From contig JASGHJ010000001.1 in the NCBI GenBank assembly GCA_047602405.1, forward strand, positions 64,001-128,000: a DNA stretch of 64,000 nt, read 5' to 3'. The translations under genes and the position numbers were made by a program. The stretch is from Anaeromyxobacteraceae bacterium. Lineage in GTDB: Bacteria; Myxococcota; Myxococcia; Myxococcales; Anaeromyxobacteraceae. This document shows, piece by piece, positions 41,201-50,431 of this stretch (within the stretch, counting starts at the first letter, position 1; each line of letters begins with the position of its first letter). The notes under the pieces were generated by a model. The model ran no database searches and was not told the origin of the DNA. It saw only the letters and a program-made list of their open reading frames with translations.

Positions 41201-42050
41201 CATTTCGTTTAAGCTTGGCGACAAGCTGATGCACACCAAGAACGAGTACTCAAACGATGAGCTCCTCGTATCCAATGGCTCTCTGGGGGTGGCAAGCGAT
41301 TACGGGAAGGTCTTTTTTGCGGACCAGGATAGCCCGACTCCATTCTCGGCACTGCGATATCTCGAGGATCTCGAGCTTGCGTATGCAGTAACCGTTCACA
41401 AGTCCCAGGGAAGCGGATTCGGCCACGTCTTCGTCGTGGTTCCGAACCGTACGGGGCTACTAAGTAGGGAACTTGTCTTCACGGCGCTGACCCGCACGAA
41501 GACTGCCGTGACTCTGTTCGTAGAGGCCAACGGGGACACCGAGCTTGCCCAGCTGATCGACAAGATCCGCAACAACAGCGCGATTGCCAGCATTCGCACT
41601 TCGCTAGCCGTTCTTGGCGCCAAACGTTTTGCGTACGTCCCTGCTGACGGCGTAGAGGTCAAGTCCCGCGTTGAGTACATCATCTACAGGAAGCTGACTG
41701 AGGCGGCGAACCGCTCGGGAACGTTTACGTTCAAGTACGAGCAGGTCTACGAGCTCGCGGGAAGGAACTTCAATCTCCGCCCCGACTTCACGATCTGGCT
41801 CCAGGATGGTCGGACGATCTACTGGGAGCACCTCGGGCGCTTGAACGATCGCTCCTACGTGAAGTCGTGGGATTCCCGTAGAGCGATTTACGAGGAGAAG
41901 GGCGACCTGGACAAGGTGATGACGACCGACGAGCTGAAGGGTATTAGCGACGAGAAGATCGAAGCGATCATCACGAACTTGGTCGGGGGTGACCTAGCAA
42001 CTGAGGATCGATCCAACAGGTACTCTCGGCTCCACTACTCACTGCGCTAG
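38220..42050 (+). CDS. RecD-like SF1B helicase with large N-terminal domain and C-terminal PD-(D/E)xK nuclease
   Basis: GSPGAGKS, IIEEASM, GDENQLPPIG, AYAVTVHKSQGS, TALTR; C-terminal KSRVE...PDFTI...YWEHLG. Confidence 0.85.
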   Translation: MMDVNELAEWARSLDREEVYEMSTDDRFSGAEKKFLYDAAGRISRGDTLTTKQMQWLHSLFTKRTAWSTASAYGSEKEYVAHPDAALEHRHLCVRLAWHDSAWNGALCTRPADNVYCVGEHSLLSDRLRRRRDLAKEEPAAGASGNDQALGHYQPPCFWSINAFGKRQLVFSHDNPAESSYPHIKETLPPYSVISWPFDLAFVRDNTERQKLGSYYPKALFERRIRDFHARVVEGSSIVFLYCKFSNPVSGDDSDYLLVGCGLVSGKGALNWFNVSDSVLRATKEKKREPNFPTLNWALRFSMDFERTGVRIPYQEYLGLINVPGGLPQQYLDDIKVVVREPELIDGFTYVAKHVDDDQAIFLLMKLRQSLLEVKRHGVLPGFDVDTQLKHIDFLLDHAWNSRGYLPGFRGAAMGLLGRNTADTRDIDAFVAQYERAAPETITKLDAILHETEGSPGHERLVGDLLDRLERHALSPTQFLRLASLNLTPLQFARILGREGSPYGAGEIADNPYLLFESYAPQEKDKDRTSGEKIDSVVDLFKIDIALFPQRRHLPRSPTFHDWKVGDPRRVRSVLIALLRQLESRGHCYDTAEHLSAGIARYPLFYEIGDEYKPDLNLASPQAALRSHLEKEVVATTLDGRSVYYLKSVYDDEKYVANVIDHLVAAADNSVNVPPGLVGQAAIAAKGLKTKLGARFRPEDFVEERKRLYSILPYRKFSILTGSPGAGKSYELLKLVSFLSTLQERYLILSLTGKAALRLRNNELGVKNVHAKTFDKFLVELERQKGVKSIVHNLIIEEASMADLTKLAAVLRAVDPHASHFRRLILVGDENQLPPIGYGKPFADIVDSLKADGARAERHHVSLATNCRAELPEEFVSLTNVFANNSKMGERVLADLVKNKKAPGILVRTYRDKSDLYAQIREEFLSVAGHPPTLNAGLDVLLKLSGDMKSRPTGLENFQVLSPYRAGYSGVSGLNLLFQSEYRTTERYTRKVGDISFKLGDKLMHTKNEYSNDELLVSNGSLGVASDYGKVFFADQDSPTPFSALRYLEDLELAYAVTVHKSQGSGFGHVFVVVPNRTGLLSRELVFTALTRTKTAVTLFVEANGDTELAQLIDKIRNNSAIASIRTSLAVLGAKRFAYVPADGVEVKSRVEYIIYRKLTEAANRSGTFTFKYEQVYELAGRNFNLRPDFTIWLQDGRTIYWEHLGRLNDRSYVKSWDSRRAIYEEKGDLDKVMTTDELKGISDEKIEAIITNLVGGDLATEDRSNRYSRLHYSLR

Positions 42051-42061
42051 TTCACCCCGCC

Positions 42062-45000
42062 ATGCCCCTCTTCCGTTTCCGCCTTGGCGACGACGGAGAC
42101 TCCCAGCGCAGCCATCTTCCCGACGGCCTCTACGAGGATGTCGTATCGGAGGCGCTCGCCTCCCACCTCGAGACCCTGTCAGAGGCAGCGACGGTCGGCC
42201 GGGCGCCCCTCACTGGCGCTGACGCGATCGACCATCTCTCCGACGCCATCCATCAGGCCGCCCGGATCACCCTAGATTCGATCCAGGGCCAGCACGCCGA
42301 GGCAAAGCGTCTCGCGCTCGCGAACGAGCTGCTTCGCGTCCTCCAGACACACGCGGGCGCCGCGCTTGGAGCTGGCGAGTCCCGCCTTCGGAGCGAACTC
42401 CTCCTCCATGTGGCCCGGCGAGGCGCGCTGGCCGCCGAGGCGAAGCCACCATCACGGCCATCGACGCCCCTCGCCCGGTCGGACCTCTTCGTAAACGCGG
42501 AGAAGGTCGGCGTCGTCTCCGAGATCCGGAGCGAGATCGAGTCGGCCGATCGAATCGACCTGATCGTCGCCTTCATCAAGTGGTCCGGTCTCGTGAAGTT
42601 CCGCGACGACCTGGCCCGGCACTGCCAGCGGGGCCGTCCGCTCCGGATCCTGACCACCACCTACGTCGGCGCCACCGAGGCCCGTGCGGTCGCGGAGCTG
42701 AAGCGCCTCGGCGCCCAGGTGAAGGTCGCCCACGAGGACGTCCCCACCCGCCTCCACGCCAAGGCCTGGCTCTTCCAGCGCAACACGGGGCTCAGCACTG
42801 CCTACGTCGGCTCGTCCAATCTCTCTCGGAGCGCCCTGACAGACGGCATCGAGTGGAACGTCCGGATCGCCGCGGCGGACCTTCCCCACATTGTCGAGAA
42901 GTTTGATGCCGTCTTCCGACGCTACTGGGATGACCCCGCCTCCGGTTTCGCAGACTTCGACGGCTCCGACGAAGCCCTCCAGCGCCTCGAGGAGTCGCTC
43001 CGCCGGGCGCGCGGCCAGGGGAACGGCAGCCCGATGCAGGGATCGGGCATCTACTCTTTCCTCGACGTGCAGCCGCGCGACTTCCAGCGCCATATTCTCT
43101 CCGATCTGGCAGTCGCGCGTTCCCGCGGCAGCACGCGCAACCTGGTCGTCGCCGCCACCGGAACGGGGAAGACCGTCGTGGCTGCGCTCGACTACCGCCG
43201 GCTCCGACGGGAGGGGCTGAATGGCAAGAAGGTGGAGACGCTCCTGTTCGTCGCCCACCGGGACCGCATCCTCCAGCAAAGCCGCGACACCTTCCGAGCC
43301 GTCCTGCGCGAGCCGACTTTCGGGGAGCTCCTCGTGGACGGTCAGCGACCCCAGGGTGACCGTCACGTCTTCGCGTCCATCCAGTCCTTGGGGAGGCGCA
43401 GCGGGGAGCTGGACCCGAGCGCCTTCGACCTGGTGGTCGTGGACGAGGTCCATCACGGCGCGGCGCCGAGCTACACAGCGCTCCTCGAACGACTGAAACC
43501 GACCGTCCTACTTGGCCTCACCGCTACTCCGGAGCGGATGGACGACAAGCCGGGCAAGAGCCTCCAGCTCGACCAGTTCTTCGACCGCCCCTGGGCGTCG
43601 GAGCTGCGCCTCTGGGAGGCGATCGATCGCCAGATCCTCGTCCCCTTCAACTACTTCGCGGTCGACGACGGGACCGACGTGCGGAAGGCTTGGCAGCGCG
43701 GCCGGTACGCGCCGAGCGAGCTGGAGAACGTCTACAGCGCCGACCACGTCTGGGTGGGCAACGTAGCGCGGGCGGTGGACCGGTACGTGAAGGACCCGGG
43801 CGCCATGCGCGCCATCGCCTTTTGCGCCGGCGTCAGCCACGCGCGGCTCGCGGCGCGGGAGCTCGAGGCGAAGCTCAAGGTCCCCTGCGCCGCGGTCACG
43901 GGTGAGGACGACACCGAGGGGCGCCGCCACGTTCTCCAGCGCTTTGAATCGGACCAGCCCGATCGGCCTCGCATCCTCTGTGTCGTCGATCTCCTCAACG
44001 AGGGCGTCGACCTTCCGGGCGCGGACACCCTGCTCCTCATGCGGCCGACGGAGAGCGCCACTGTCTTCATTCAGCAGCTCGGACGCGGACTCCGCCGCAC
44101 GGACGACAAAGACTGCCTCACGGTTCTCGACTTCGTCGGGCACCAGCACGAGGAGTTCCGATTCGAACGGCGCTACGGCCGCTTTCTTGGGCTGAGCCGG
44201 GCGGACCTCCGAACCGGGATCGAGCAGGGCTTCCCTCACCTCCCGGCGGGCTGCTTCCTCCAGTTCGAGGAAAAGCCCAGGGAACAGATCCTTCGAGCCC
44301 TCCGCCGCGTCCTGCGGGTCGACACGGCCGCGTTGGCCTCACGCCTCACCGAGACCGGTGCCGCCGGCCTCGACGCCTTCCTCACAGCGGCAGACCTCAC
44401 GCTCCCCGAGTTCTTTCGCGATGGCCGCACCTGGACCGAGGTTGCGACGGTTGCCGGCAGGTCCGCTGCTCCAGCCGCGCTCGACGATACCGAAGGCGAC
44501 GCGCTCGGCCGTGCCCAACGCCTCGTTCACGTCGATGACCCGTGGCGTCTGGACATCCTAGCGCGCATCGTTCAGTCAGGCACTTTGCCCGCCACCGAGC
44601 GAGACCTTCGAATGGCTCGGATGCTGCTGGTCCAGCTCTACGGGTCCCTCGTGGCATCCGACGCGGATACGGCACTCCAGCTGCTGCGCAGCCACGCCCG
44701 GCTCAAGGCCGAGCTCGCCGAACTGGTCGCCGCGCTCAAGACCATGACCGACGTCATCCCCTCAGCGCCGCCCGCGTCCCTACCGGCCGACGTCCCGCTC
44801 CACCTCCACGCCCGCTACCGGACCGAGGAGATCACCGCCGCGTTCGACCTGCGCAGCAGGGACGGGCACCTCTACACGCCGCAGATGGGTGTGGTGCCGG
44901 CCGGGAAGTACGACCTACTCCTCGTTACCCTCGACAAGGGCGCTAAGAAGAAGCTCCCCCACCTCCAGTATCGCGACTACGCTCTTTCCCCGCGCCTCTT

Positions 45001-45256
45001 CCACTGGCAGAGCCAGGCAAGCACGACGCGGGACTCGACGGCAGGGAAGCGGCACATGGATTCCGCGGTCGTCCCGTTGCTCTTCGTCCGGGAGGCGAGC
45101 AAGGACGACCGCGGGCTGGGGATGCCCTACCGGTTTCTTGGTGCTGCGCGGCGCGTCGAAGAACGCGGGGAGCGGCCGATCAACATCACGTACGAGTTGA
45201 CCGACGGGGAGATTCCGGCGGACTTGTTGGTGGTCGCGAGGGCGGCAGTGGCATAG
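42062..45256 (+). CDS. PLD nuclease-SF2 helicase-DUF3427 protein (SauUSI-like type IV restriction enzyme)
   Basis: LHAKAW...YVGSSNLS...EWN; AATGTGKT, DEVHH, GLTATPER, NEGVDLP, QQLGRGLR; FHWQSQ C-terminal domain. Confidence 0.88.
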   Translation: MPLFRFRLGDDGDSQRSHLPDGLYEDVVSEALASHLETLSEAATVGRAPLTGADAIDHLSDAIHQAARITLDSIQGQHAEAKRLALANELLRVLQTHAGAALGAGESRLRSELLLHVARRGALAAEAKPPSRPSTPLARSDLFVNAEKVGVVSEIRSEIESADRIDLIVAFIKWSGLVKFRDDLARHCQRGRPLRILTTTYVGATEARAVAELKRLGAQVKVAHEDVPTRLHAKAWLFQRNTGLSTAYVGSSNLSRSALTDGIEWNVRIAAADLPHIVEKFDAVFRRYWDDPASGFADFDGSDEALQRLEESLRRARGQGNGSPMQGSGIYSFLDVQPRDFQRHILSDLAVARSRGSTRNLVVAATGTGKTVVAALDYRRLRREGLNGKKVETLLFVAHRDRILQQSRDTFRAVLREPTFGELLVDGQRPQGDRHVFASIQSLGRRSGELDPSAFDLVVVDEVHHGAAPSYTALLERLKPTVLLGLTATPERMDDKPGKSLQLDQFFDRPWASELRLWEAIDRQILVPFNYFAVDDGTDVRKAWQRGRYAPSELENVYSADHVWVGNVARAVDRYVKDPGAMRAIAFCAGVSHARLAARELEAKLKVPCAAVTGEDDTEGRRHVLQRFESDQPDRPRILCVVDLLNEGVDLPGADTLLLMRPTESATVFIQQLGRGLRRTDDKDCLTVLDFVGHQHEEFRFERRYGRFLGLSRADLRTGIEQGFPHLPAGCFLQFEEKPREQILRALRRVLRVDTAALASRLTETGAAGLDAFLTAADLTLPEFFRDGRTWTEVATVAGRSAAPAALDDTEGDALGRAQRLVHVDDPWRLDILARIVQSGTLPATERDLRMARMLLVQLYGSLVASDADTALQLLRSHARLKAELAELVAALKTMTDVIPSAPPASLPADVPLHLHARYRTEEITAAFDLRSRDGHLYTPQMGVVPAGKYDLLLVTLDKGAKKKLPHLQYRDYALSPRLFHWQSQASTTRDSTAGKRHMDSAVVPLLFVREASKDDRGLGMPYRFLGAARRVEERGERPINITYELTDGEIPADLLVVARAAVA

Positions 45257-45345
45257 GTCTCTTGCCACCGAGTCCACACCAGGGATACTTCACCGTCAGC
45301 GACGGCGATAGTGAGACTCCGCTCCATTCGAAGAAAGGCGTCCTA

Positions 45346-45694
45346 GTGGCCTACAACAAGACGGACCCTGCTATCGAGGAGCTTGGGCTCCTGTTGTGAA
45401 GCGTCGCGAAACGTTGTGTTCGTGGTGGGAGCCGGTCTCTCATCACCAGCAGGGATCCCCGGATGGACGGGTCTCAATGAGACTCTTCTAAGGGAGGCCA
45501 CTTCAGTCATCAACCACGACAGCACCCTGCACCTGCGCAGAGGACATCTGCACTTACAGACCTAGCGAGCTTCAAGGACCCCTGGCTCTTAGGAGACGAA
45601 CTTGCGCGGATTGTTCCGCGCGACCGCTGTATCGGGTTGTTCGCAAGGAGCTTTCAGCGGGTGGCCTGCTACCAGGCCTACAAAGAGCGAATAG
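45346..45694 (+). pseudogene. SIR2-family N-terminal remnant
   Basis: VVFVVGAGLSSPAGIPGWTGL motif; several frame breaks, truncated. Confidence 0.65.
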
Positions 45695-46234
45695 CGGGAG
45701 CCGGCCGAGGCGCTCGAGGCAGAGCTCGCCGCCACGAAGGCCCGGACCCTCGGCCGCCTTGGCCTGACCCGCGCGCCGGGTCGGTACGCCGAAGGCCGCT
45801 CCTTCGACTCCGACGAGCGCCTCCGCGAGGATCTGGAGGTCATCGCCAAGGAGCACGGCGCCTCCGTCCTCGTGACCCTCCTCGAGCCGCACGAGACCTC
45901 GAAGCTCGGCCGCATCGACCTCGCCGCCAGGAAGGCCGGCCTGCGCTGGCGCCACTTCCCCATCCCCGACGTCCACATCCCGGCCTCGGTTCCGGACACG
46001 GGCAGGCTGGTCTCCGACCTCCTGCGCGCCCTCGGGAAAGGCGAGACCGTGGTCATCCACTGCTGGGGCGGCCTGGGCCGGACCGGAACCATCGCGGCCT
46101 GCATTCTCGTGGCGGCCGGCTCCAAGCCCGATGAAGCCATCCGCCACGTGCGAGCCGCACGCCCCGGCGCCCTCGAGGTCCCGAGCCAGGAGGCGTTCGT
46201 GAACGAGTTCGCTGCCTGGCAGGGCGCCCGTTGA
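45695..46234 (+). CDS. Dual-specificity / CDKN3-like protein tyrosine phosphatase, possibly 5'-truncated
   Basis: HCWGGLGRTG CX5R, FPIPD; frame open upstream of GTG 45872 (GRLGLTRAPG) with no clear start. Confidence 0.8.
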   Translation, partial: REPAEALEAELAATKARTLGRLGLTRAPGRYAEGRSFDSDERLREDLEVIAKEHGASVLVTLLEPHETSKLGRIDLAARKAGLRWRHFPIPDVHIPASVPDTGRLVSDLLRALGKGETVVIHCWGGLGRTGTIAACILVAAGSKPDEAIRHVRAARPGALEVPSQEAFVNEFAAWQGAR

Positions 46235-46348
46235 ACTGGCCTTCCGGGTCCATGCCCACGCTGGACCTACTCCGTTGCCCATCCCCGTCGGCGGACGCCG
46301 CGGGGGCTCTTTCGTGCGGCTATCGGCCGCACCCGGCCGTCCGCGGTC

Positions 46349-47182
46349 ATGATGGGAAGCCCATGTCCGTCCCCCCGTTACCCTGTGCCTTCCTCGGAAC
46401 TCGGAAAGGAGCCTGCCGCCAACTCGACCAACCCGCTGCAGAAGGCCTTCGCTCGCCTCTTCACCCTCGGAACCTGGGCCGCCCACCAGTCCGAGGAGTT
46501 CACGTTCAAGGACGCGGCGTCCGCGCTCCGCTCCGTCCGCCTGGCGGAGTACGACGGCGATCCCGTCAACGTCGACCGCATGTGGTCCCGCGACAAGCGC
46601 CACCTTGCCTCGGCCGGCGTCCCGCTCACGCTCTGCAGCGCCGGCGGCTACCTCCGGGCCGACCCGGTGCGCGTCCGCCGCACCGCCCTCGAGTCGGCCG
46701 CGCTCGTCGCGCGGGGCCGGGAGCTGCCCCTGACCGGCGACGCCCAGCTCGAATCCGGCCTCCGCAAGCTCTGGGTGCTCGGGGCGCCCATCCTCGGAGC
46801 GCTCATGGAGCGCGCCGCCCGGGGCGGCCCCGCGCCTCGCGTCGCTTCGACGCCTCACGCCATCTCGGTCGCCATGCTGCTCCTCGGCGCGCTCGACGTC
46901 GCGGGCCTCGCGGGCCTGACCCTGGACGAGGCCGCCGTTGCCTCGGGCGCGCGCGACGAGGAGGACCTCCGACGGGTCGTCGGGCTGCTCCGCGACCTCG
47001 ACCTCCCCTTCGACCCGCCCGACGACGCCCTGCCGCTCATGGTCGACGAGGAGCACGCAAGCCTGTGCCTCTACCGGCCCACGCGCGTCACTGTCCGGCC
47101 GTCCCTGACGCCGGGAGCGCGACGCCCTCCTGGACGCAGCCGTCCTCGAGTGCGAGGCCGCGCTCGTCGCGGCGTGAGGTGA
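46349..47182 (+). CDS. Tandem wHTH protein resembling fused PafB- and PafC-type N-termini, no WYL domain
   Basis: RMWSRDKRHLASAGVPL...GY; LTLDEAA...EDLRRVVGLL...RPSLTP. A probable +1 slip at ~47112 would give a stop at 47177. Confidence 0.55.
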   Translation: MMGSPCPSPRYPVPSSELGKEPAANSTNPLQKAFARLFTLGTWAAHQSEEFTFKDAASALRSVRLAEYDGDPVNVDRMWSRDKRHLASAGVPLTLCSAGGYLRADPVRVRRTALESAALVARGRELPLTGDAQLESGLRKLWVLGAPILGALMERAARGGPAPRVASTPHAISVAMLLLGALDVAGLAGLTLDEAAVASGARDEEDLRRVVGLLRDLDLPFDPPDDALPLMVDEEHASLCLYRPTRVTVRPSLTPGARRPPGRSRPRVRGRARRGVR

Positions 47183-47184
47183 CC

Positions 47185-47499
47185 ATGACCGCACACACGC
47201 TTTCCCATCCTCACCGCAGGGCCTGCCAGGCCGACTACGGCTTCGATCGCTTCCTCGGCTTCTTCGCGACGGTCTTCGTCGGCGGACGCGTGATTGCCGA
47301 GTACGACCGGACGCGGCGCGGCTACGACGACCTCAACGGCGTGCTCAGGTTCCTCGTCCGGCACCGATTCTTCGAGCCGGCGGCGGTGGACGCGGCCATC
47401 GCGCTCGCGATGACCCACGACGACGACGAGCTCCCGCCCGAGGTGCGGCGCGTCGCAGAGGTGATTCACAACCTGCGACGGGGCGCCGACCCCGACTAG
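47185..47499 (+). CDS. Hypothetical protein
   Basis: ATG after GAGGTG; strong GC3 bias. Confidence 0.6.
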   Translation: MTAHTLSHPHRRACQADYGFDRFLGFFATVFVGGRVIAEYDRTRRGYDDLNGVLRFLVRHRFFEPAAVDAAIALAMTHDDDELPPEVRRVAEVIHNLRRGADPD

Positions 47500-47890
47500 C
47501 CGCACCCGGCCCCACCATGCGGCAGCGGCAGGGAGAGCCGCCCCGGAGGCGCGCCCTCCAACATGCGAGATTCTCGACGCGAGCCCTTCGCATAATCGAC
47601 TCGTCCTTCGAAGCTCCGGCTGCTACTCAATGCTTGCCGTGACCACGCTCGCTCCTCACCGCACGCTCTGCCCCGCGCCGACCCAGGCGCGCGCGGCGAC
47701 GTGCGCCGGTGATGCGACCTGGCTTGGCACCCGCGTCTCGGCGCACTGAAGTCAGCGCCGGGACGCGACACCCGCGCAACAGCTCGGCATCCGGGCCCAG
47801 CCTTGCGGCGGCCGCGAAGCCGCGGCTCCGCCCATCGAGCCTCCGGGCCCGGCTGCATCCCCGCGAACCCTCTCGACCAGGGAGCAGTCC

Positions 47891-48220
47891 ATGTTCGCCG
47901 ACCTGTGGCTCGAGCTCTCGCAGCTCGAGCGCGAGCACCGCCGGCTCGCGATCCGATCGACGGCGGCGACCGTCGTCGCGATCGCCCTGGCGCTCACCGG
48001 GGTGATCGCCTCGGCCTGGGTGGTCGGTGGCGACGAATCGGTCGTCCTCGAGGCGCTCGCGACGGCTCCGCTGCCGGCGTCGATCGCCACCGGCGCACGA
48101 GCCGTGGGGCTGCGCCGCCGGATGCGCGAGCTTCGGCTCAGAGAAGCAACGGTCCGGGCCGCGCTCGCCGACCGGTCGGAACGGATTCACCTCCGCCGCA
48201 CCTTCGCCTCCGCGTCGTAG
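47891..48220 (+). CDS. Small membrane protein
   Basis: GGGAG RBS, hydrophobic segment. Confidence 0.55.
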   Translation: MFADLWLELSQLEREHRRLAIRSTAATVVAIALALTGVIASAWVVGGDESVVLEALATAPLPASIATGARAVGLRRRMRELRLREATVRAALADRSERIHLRRTFASAS

Positions 48221-48248
48221 AGCAGCTCCCACCTGAAAGGAGTCACCC

Positions 48249-48644
48249 ATGTCCAGCAGTATCCACGTCGTCCGCTCCGAGCTCGACCGGCTTCGCACAC
48301 TCGTCGAGCTGCACTCCGAGGGTCGCGATGCGGTGGCCGCCGAGCGCCTCGCCGCCGAGCTCGACCGCGCCGTCGTCGTCGACGTTCTCCCCCCGGGGGT
48401 CGTCGCGCTCGGCTCACGTGTCCGCTTCGAGGACGAGCGCTCCCGGGTCGTGCGGGAGGCCCAGCTCGTCTATCCGCGCGACGCCGATGCCTCGGCCGGA
48501 CGCATCTCGGTGCTCGCGCCGATCGGCGCCGCACTGCTCGGCCTGTCGACCGGGGACAGCATCGCCTGGCCGCTCCCCGGCGACCGCGAGGCGCGGATCC
48601 GCATCCTGTCCGTCGAGCCCCCCGCCACCCCGACGGCGGCTTGA
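48249..48644 (+). CDS. rnk: Nucleoside diphosphate kinase regulator (GreA/GreB family)
   Basis: AELDRAVV...VVALGSRVRF...LVYP...ISVLAPIGAALLGL...IAWPLP. Confidence 0.88.
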   Translation: MSSSIHVVRSELDRLRTLVELHSEGRDAVAAERLAAELDRAVVVDVLPPGVVALGSRVRFEDERSRVVREAQLVYPRDADASAGRISVLAPIGAALLGLSTGDSIAWPLPGDREARIRILSVEPPATPTAA

Positions 48645-48683
48645 GCCCACCCACAAGGACCCGAGCCTTCCAAGGAGCCAGCG

Positions 48684-50393
48684 ATGCACGAGCTCGACAT
48701 CATCCTCACCTTCGCCGGCGGCCTCGCCGGGGCGCTGTTGCTCGGCTACGTGGCGCACCTGCTGAAGCTGTCGCCCATCGTCGGGTACATCCTCGCCGGG
48801 GTCCTCGTCGGGCCGTTCACGCCGGGCTTCGTCGCAGATCGTGCCGTCGCCGAGCAGTTCGCGGAGATCGGCGTCATCCTGCTCCTCTTCGGCGTCGGCC
48901 TGCGCTTCCACCTGCGCGAGCTCATCGCGGTCTGGCGCGTGGCCCTCCCTGGAGCGCTCATCCAGAGCGCGGCCTCCACGCTGCTCCTGGCCGTGCTCTT
49001 GAGACCGCTGGGGTGGAGCTGGGCCTCGGGGCTCGTGCTCGGGATGGGCATCTCGGTCGCGAGCACCGTCGTCATGGCGCTGGTGCTCGCCGACCGGCAC
49101 GACCTCCACGCGCCCATCGGCCACATCGCGATCGGCTGGACGGTGGTGGAGGACCTCCTCACCGTCGCGCTGATGCTCGTGCTGCCCATCCTCTTCGGCC
49201 CGGGTGGCGCGGAGCAGGGCACCGCGGCGGTCCTCGGCCTCGCGGGCCTCAAGGTGATCGGCCTCGGCGCGAGCGTCGTGGTCCTCGGACGGTGGGTCAT
49301 CCCCTGGGCGCTCGAGCGGATCGAGCGGACGCGCGTGCGCGAGCTCTTCACGCTCGCCGTGCTGGTCGTCGCGGTGGGGATCGCCGTCGGAGCGGCCGAG
49401 GTCTTCGGCGTGTCCATGGCGCTCGGGGCCTTCCTCGCCGGCCTGGCGGTCGGCCGCTCCGAGTTCGCGGCCCGCGCCGCCTCCGACGCCTTGCCGATGC
49501 GCGACGCGTTCGCCGTGCTCTTCTTCGTCTCGGTCGGGATGCTCTTCGACCCGAGGAGCATCGTCCAGGCGCCGCTCCTCACCGCGATCGTCCTCGCCGT
49601 CGTGCTCCTGGGCAAGCCGCTCGCCGCGTTCGCGACGGTCCGGCTCCTGGGCGTGCCGACCGCGACCGCGGCGCCGGTGGGGGCGGCCTTCTCGCAGGTC
49701 GGGGAGTTCAGCTTCATCCTCGGGGCCTTGGCCCGCGAGCTCGGGCTCCTCGGCGACACCGGCTGGAATGCCCTGGTCGCGAGCTCGATCGTCTCCATCT
49801 GCCTCAATCCGGTGATCTACCGCTGGGTCCGCGAGCGTTCGGCGCCACCGCGCCTGACCGGGCCGACGGCCGCCACGCGGGAGGTGGCCCGGCCGGCGGT
49901 GGATCCGCGGCGGTGCATCCTCGTGGGGTTCGGCCCGGTCGGGCGCATCGTCCACCGGCTGCTCGTGGATCGCGGCGCCAAGGTCACCGTCATCGACCTC
50001 AACCTCGACACCGTGCGTCGCCTGAAGGCGGAGGGGCTGACCGTCTTCCATGGCGACGTCCTCCGGCCGGGGACACTCGAGGACGCAGGCATCGCGACGG
50101 CGGGGACCTTCATCCTGAGCGCCGACCTCGAGGATGCGGCCGAGGTCATCCGGCAGGCGCGGCTGCTCAATCCCGAGCTGCGCGTGCTCGCCCGCTGCGC
50201 GCACGTCCGCGATGCGCCAGCGCTCAGGAAGGCGGGAGCGTCCGTGGTCGCCGCCGGAGAGGCGGAGGTCGGAGTGGCGCTCGTGGAGGCGATGACGACC
50301 GACGGGGCGCCCGGCGTCGACGTCGGCGCCGACGAGCGGGCAGCCGTTCGCGCGCGGCTCTATTCCCGGGAGCCGGCCCGGGGGAGCACGTGA
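48684..50393 (+). CDS. CPA2 cation:proton antiporter with TrkA-N domain (YbaL-like)
   Basis: Many TM helices, AEIGVILLLFGVG, SQVGEFSFIL, GFGPVG. Confidence 0.9.
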   Translation: MHELDIILTFAGGLAGALLLGYVAHLLKLSPIVGYILAGVLVGPFTPGFVADRAVAEQFAEIGVILLLFGVGLRFHLRELIAVWRVALPGALIQSAASTLLLAVLLRPLGWSWASGLVLGMGISVASTVVMALVLADRHDLHAPIGHIAIGWTVVEDLLTVALMLVLPILFGPGGAEQGTAAVLGLAGLKVIGLGASVVVLGRWVIPWALERIERTRVRELFTLAVLVVAVGIAVGAAEVFGVSMALGAFLAGLAVGRSEFAARAASDALPMRDAFAVLFFVSVGMLFDPRSIVQAPLLTAIVLAVVLLGKPLAAFATVRLLGVPTATAAPVGAAFSQVGEFSFILGALARELGLLGDTGWNALVASSIVSICLNPVIYRWVRERSAPPRLTGPTAATREVARPAVDPRRCILVGFGPVGRIVHRLLVDRGAKVTVIDLNLDTVRRLKAEGLTVFHGDVLRPGTLEDAGIATAGTFILSADLEDAAEVIRQARLLNPELRVLARCAHVRDAPALRKAGASVVAAGEAEVGVALVEAMTTDGAPGVDVGADERAAVRARLYSREPARGST

Positions 50394-50431
50394 TCGATCG
50401 CGCCGGTCGTACCGCGGCGCTATCCTGCGCC

